A stretch of 64,000 nucleotides of DNA, taken from assembly GCF_024700885.2 (NCBI RefSeq), contig NZ_CP117016.1, one strand, 5' to 3'. Source of the stretch: Escherichia coli. Lineage in GTDB: Bacteria; Pseudomonadota; Gammaproteobacteria; Enterobacterales; Enterobacteriaceae. Below, piece by piece: positions 62,641 through 64,000 of the stretch. Below the pieces are notes generated by a model. It was not told the origin of the DNA. It saw only the letters and a program-made list of their open reading frames with translations, and did no database searches. A program made the translations under genes and the position numbers. Numbering within the stretch: position 1 is the first letter of the stretch; every line of letters starts with the position of its first letter.

Positions 62641-63873
62641 TTAGTACAGCAGGCGGGCGCGAATGGTACCCGGAATAGCTTTCATTGCCTGCAGCGCTTT
62701 TTCGGCAACGTCTTCGTCGGCTTCAATATCAATAACCACATAACCCATCTGGGCGGAAGTTTGCAGATATTGCGCGGCGATGTTGACGCCCTGCTCGGCG
62801 AAGATTTTGTTCAGCGCAGTTAGCACGCCCGGACGGTTTTCGTGGATGTGCATCAGACGACGCCCACCGTGCAGTGGCAGCGAGACTTCCGGGAAGTTCA
62901 CCGCAGAGAGCGTTGAGCCATTGTCAGAATACTTGATCAATTTACCCGCAACTTCCAGGCCGATATTCTCCTGCGCTTCCTGAGTCGAACCGCCAATGTG
63001 TGGCGTCAGAAGGACGTTGTCGAATTCACACAGCGGAGAGGTAAATGGATCGCTATTGGTTGCCGGTTCCGTCGGGAATACGTCGATTGCCGCCCCCGCC
63101 AGATGTTTGCTCGCCAGCGCGTCACACAGCGCCGGAATATCCACCACAGTACCGCGCGAAGCATTAATCAGCAGCGAGCCGGGCTTCATTAGTGAAATCT
63201 CTTTCGCACCCATCATATTTTTGGTGGACGGATTCTCTGGTACATGCAGACTCACCACATCGCTCATATTCAGCAGGTCAGAAAGATGCTGTACCTGAGT
63301 GGCGTTGCCCAGCGGCAGTTTGTTTTCAATATCATAAAAGTAAACATACATTCCCAGCGATTCAGCCAGAATGCCCAATTGCGTACCAATATGACCGTAG
63401 CCGATGATACCCAGCTTTTTGCCGCGCGCTTCAAAAGAACCCGCCGCCAGTTTGTTCCACACGCCACGGTGCGCTTTAGCATTGGCTTCCGGCACGCCGC
63501 GCAATAGCAGCAGCAGTTCGCCAATCACCAGCTCCGCAACAGAGCGCGTATTTGAGAACGGTGCGTTAAATACCGGGATCCCGCGTTTTGCCGCCGCATC
63601 CAGATCAACCTGGTTTGTTCCGATACAGAAACAGCCAATAGCGACCAGTTTTTCTGCGGCGTTGATCACGTCTTCAGTCAGATGGGTACGGGATCGCAGG
63701 CCGATGAAGTGGGCATCGCGGATGGATTCTTTTAATTGTTCATCATCCAGCGCGCCTTTGTGAAATTCGATGTTGGTGTAACCCGCTGCACGAAGGCTTT
63801 CAAGCGCCTTTTGGTGCACGCCTTCTACCAGCAGAAACTTAATCTTGTCTTTCTCCAGCGATACCTTTGCCAT
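62641..63873 (-). CDS. serA: D-3-phosphoglycerate dehydrogenase
   Basis: 410-aa ORF MAKVSLEKDKIKFLLVEGVHQ... with NAD-binding GxGxxG (GIIGYGHIG). Confidence 0.95.
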   Translation of the reverse strand: MAKVSLEKDKIKFLLVEGVHQKALESLRAAGYTNIEFHKGALDDEQLKESIRDAHFIGLRSRTHLTEDVINAAEKLVAIGCFCIGTNQVDLDAAAKRGIPVFNAPFSNTRSVAELVIGELLLLLRGVPEANAKAHRGVWNKLAAGSFEARGKKLGIIGYGHIGTQLGILAESLGMYVYFYDIENKLPLGNATQVQHLSDLLNMSDVVSLHVPENPSTKNMMGAKEISLMKPGSLLINASRGTVVDIPALCDALASKHLAGAAIDVFPTEPATNSDPFTSPLCEFDNVLLTPHIGGSTQEAQENIGLEVAGKLIKYSDNGSTLSAVNFPEVSLPLHGGRRLMHIHENRPGVLTALNKIFAEQGVNIAAQYLQTSAQMGYVVIDIEADEDVAEKALQAMKAIPGTIRARLLY

Positions 63874-64000
63874 TTACCCAATCCTGTCTTTTGAAATGTT
63901 GTGTGCGGATTTGCATCCGCCTTTCAACATATCAAAAAATAATATTGCGGCAATATGAACGTTTGCGTCGCAATGTTGAGGAAATATCACGCAAAGGTAT

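Overview
This window reads as an Escherichia coli chromosomal segment running from kduI (partial, left edge) to serA (right edge); gene identities are assigned from protein motifs visible in the translations plus remembered E. coli K-12 gene order, with no database search run. Content, left to right: yqeF thiolase, yqeG transporter, the LuxR-type regulator yqeH, an intact 768-bp IS1 copy, tRNA-Gly (glyU), ygeR, the xdhABC xanthine dehydrogenase genes, the sigma54 activator ygeV, the ygeW-ygeX-ygeY-hyuA-yqeA block, yqeB-yqeC, mocA, ygfK-ssnA-ygfM-xdhD, the purine transporters and deaminase xanQ-guaD-ghxQ, ygfS-ygfT, uacT, idi, lysS-prfB, recJ-dsbC-xerD, fldB, ygfX-sdhE, ygfZ, yqfA, yqfB, bglA, gcvTHP, ubiI-ubiH-pepP, ygfB, zapA, 6S RNA (ssrS) with fau, an ibsC/sibC toxin-antitoxin locus and serA. 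I did not find a CRISPR array, prophage, or any gene set that looks like an undescribed system; almost every ORF matches a known E. coli gene in length and order. The most unusual structure is accessory: IS1 sits without a target-site duplication between yqeH and glyU, where K-12 (from memory) carries the ETT2 type III secretion island remnant, implying an IS1-mediated deletion. Other points worth a second look are sigma54-like -24/-12 elements upstream of xdhA, ygeW, ygfK and uacT, two CRP-like sites, the prfB +1 frameshift site, a 41-codon ORF between uacT and idi, and the apparent absence of ygfF between bglA and gcvP. All coordinates were counted by hand and may be off by a base or two.
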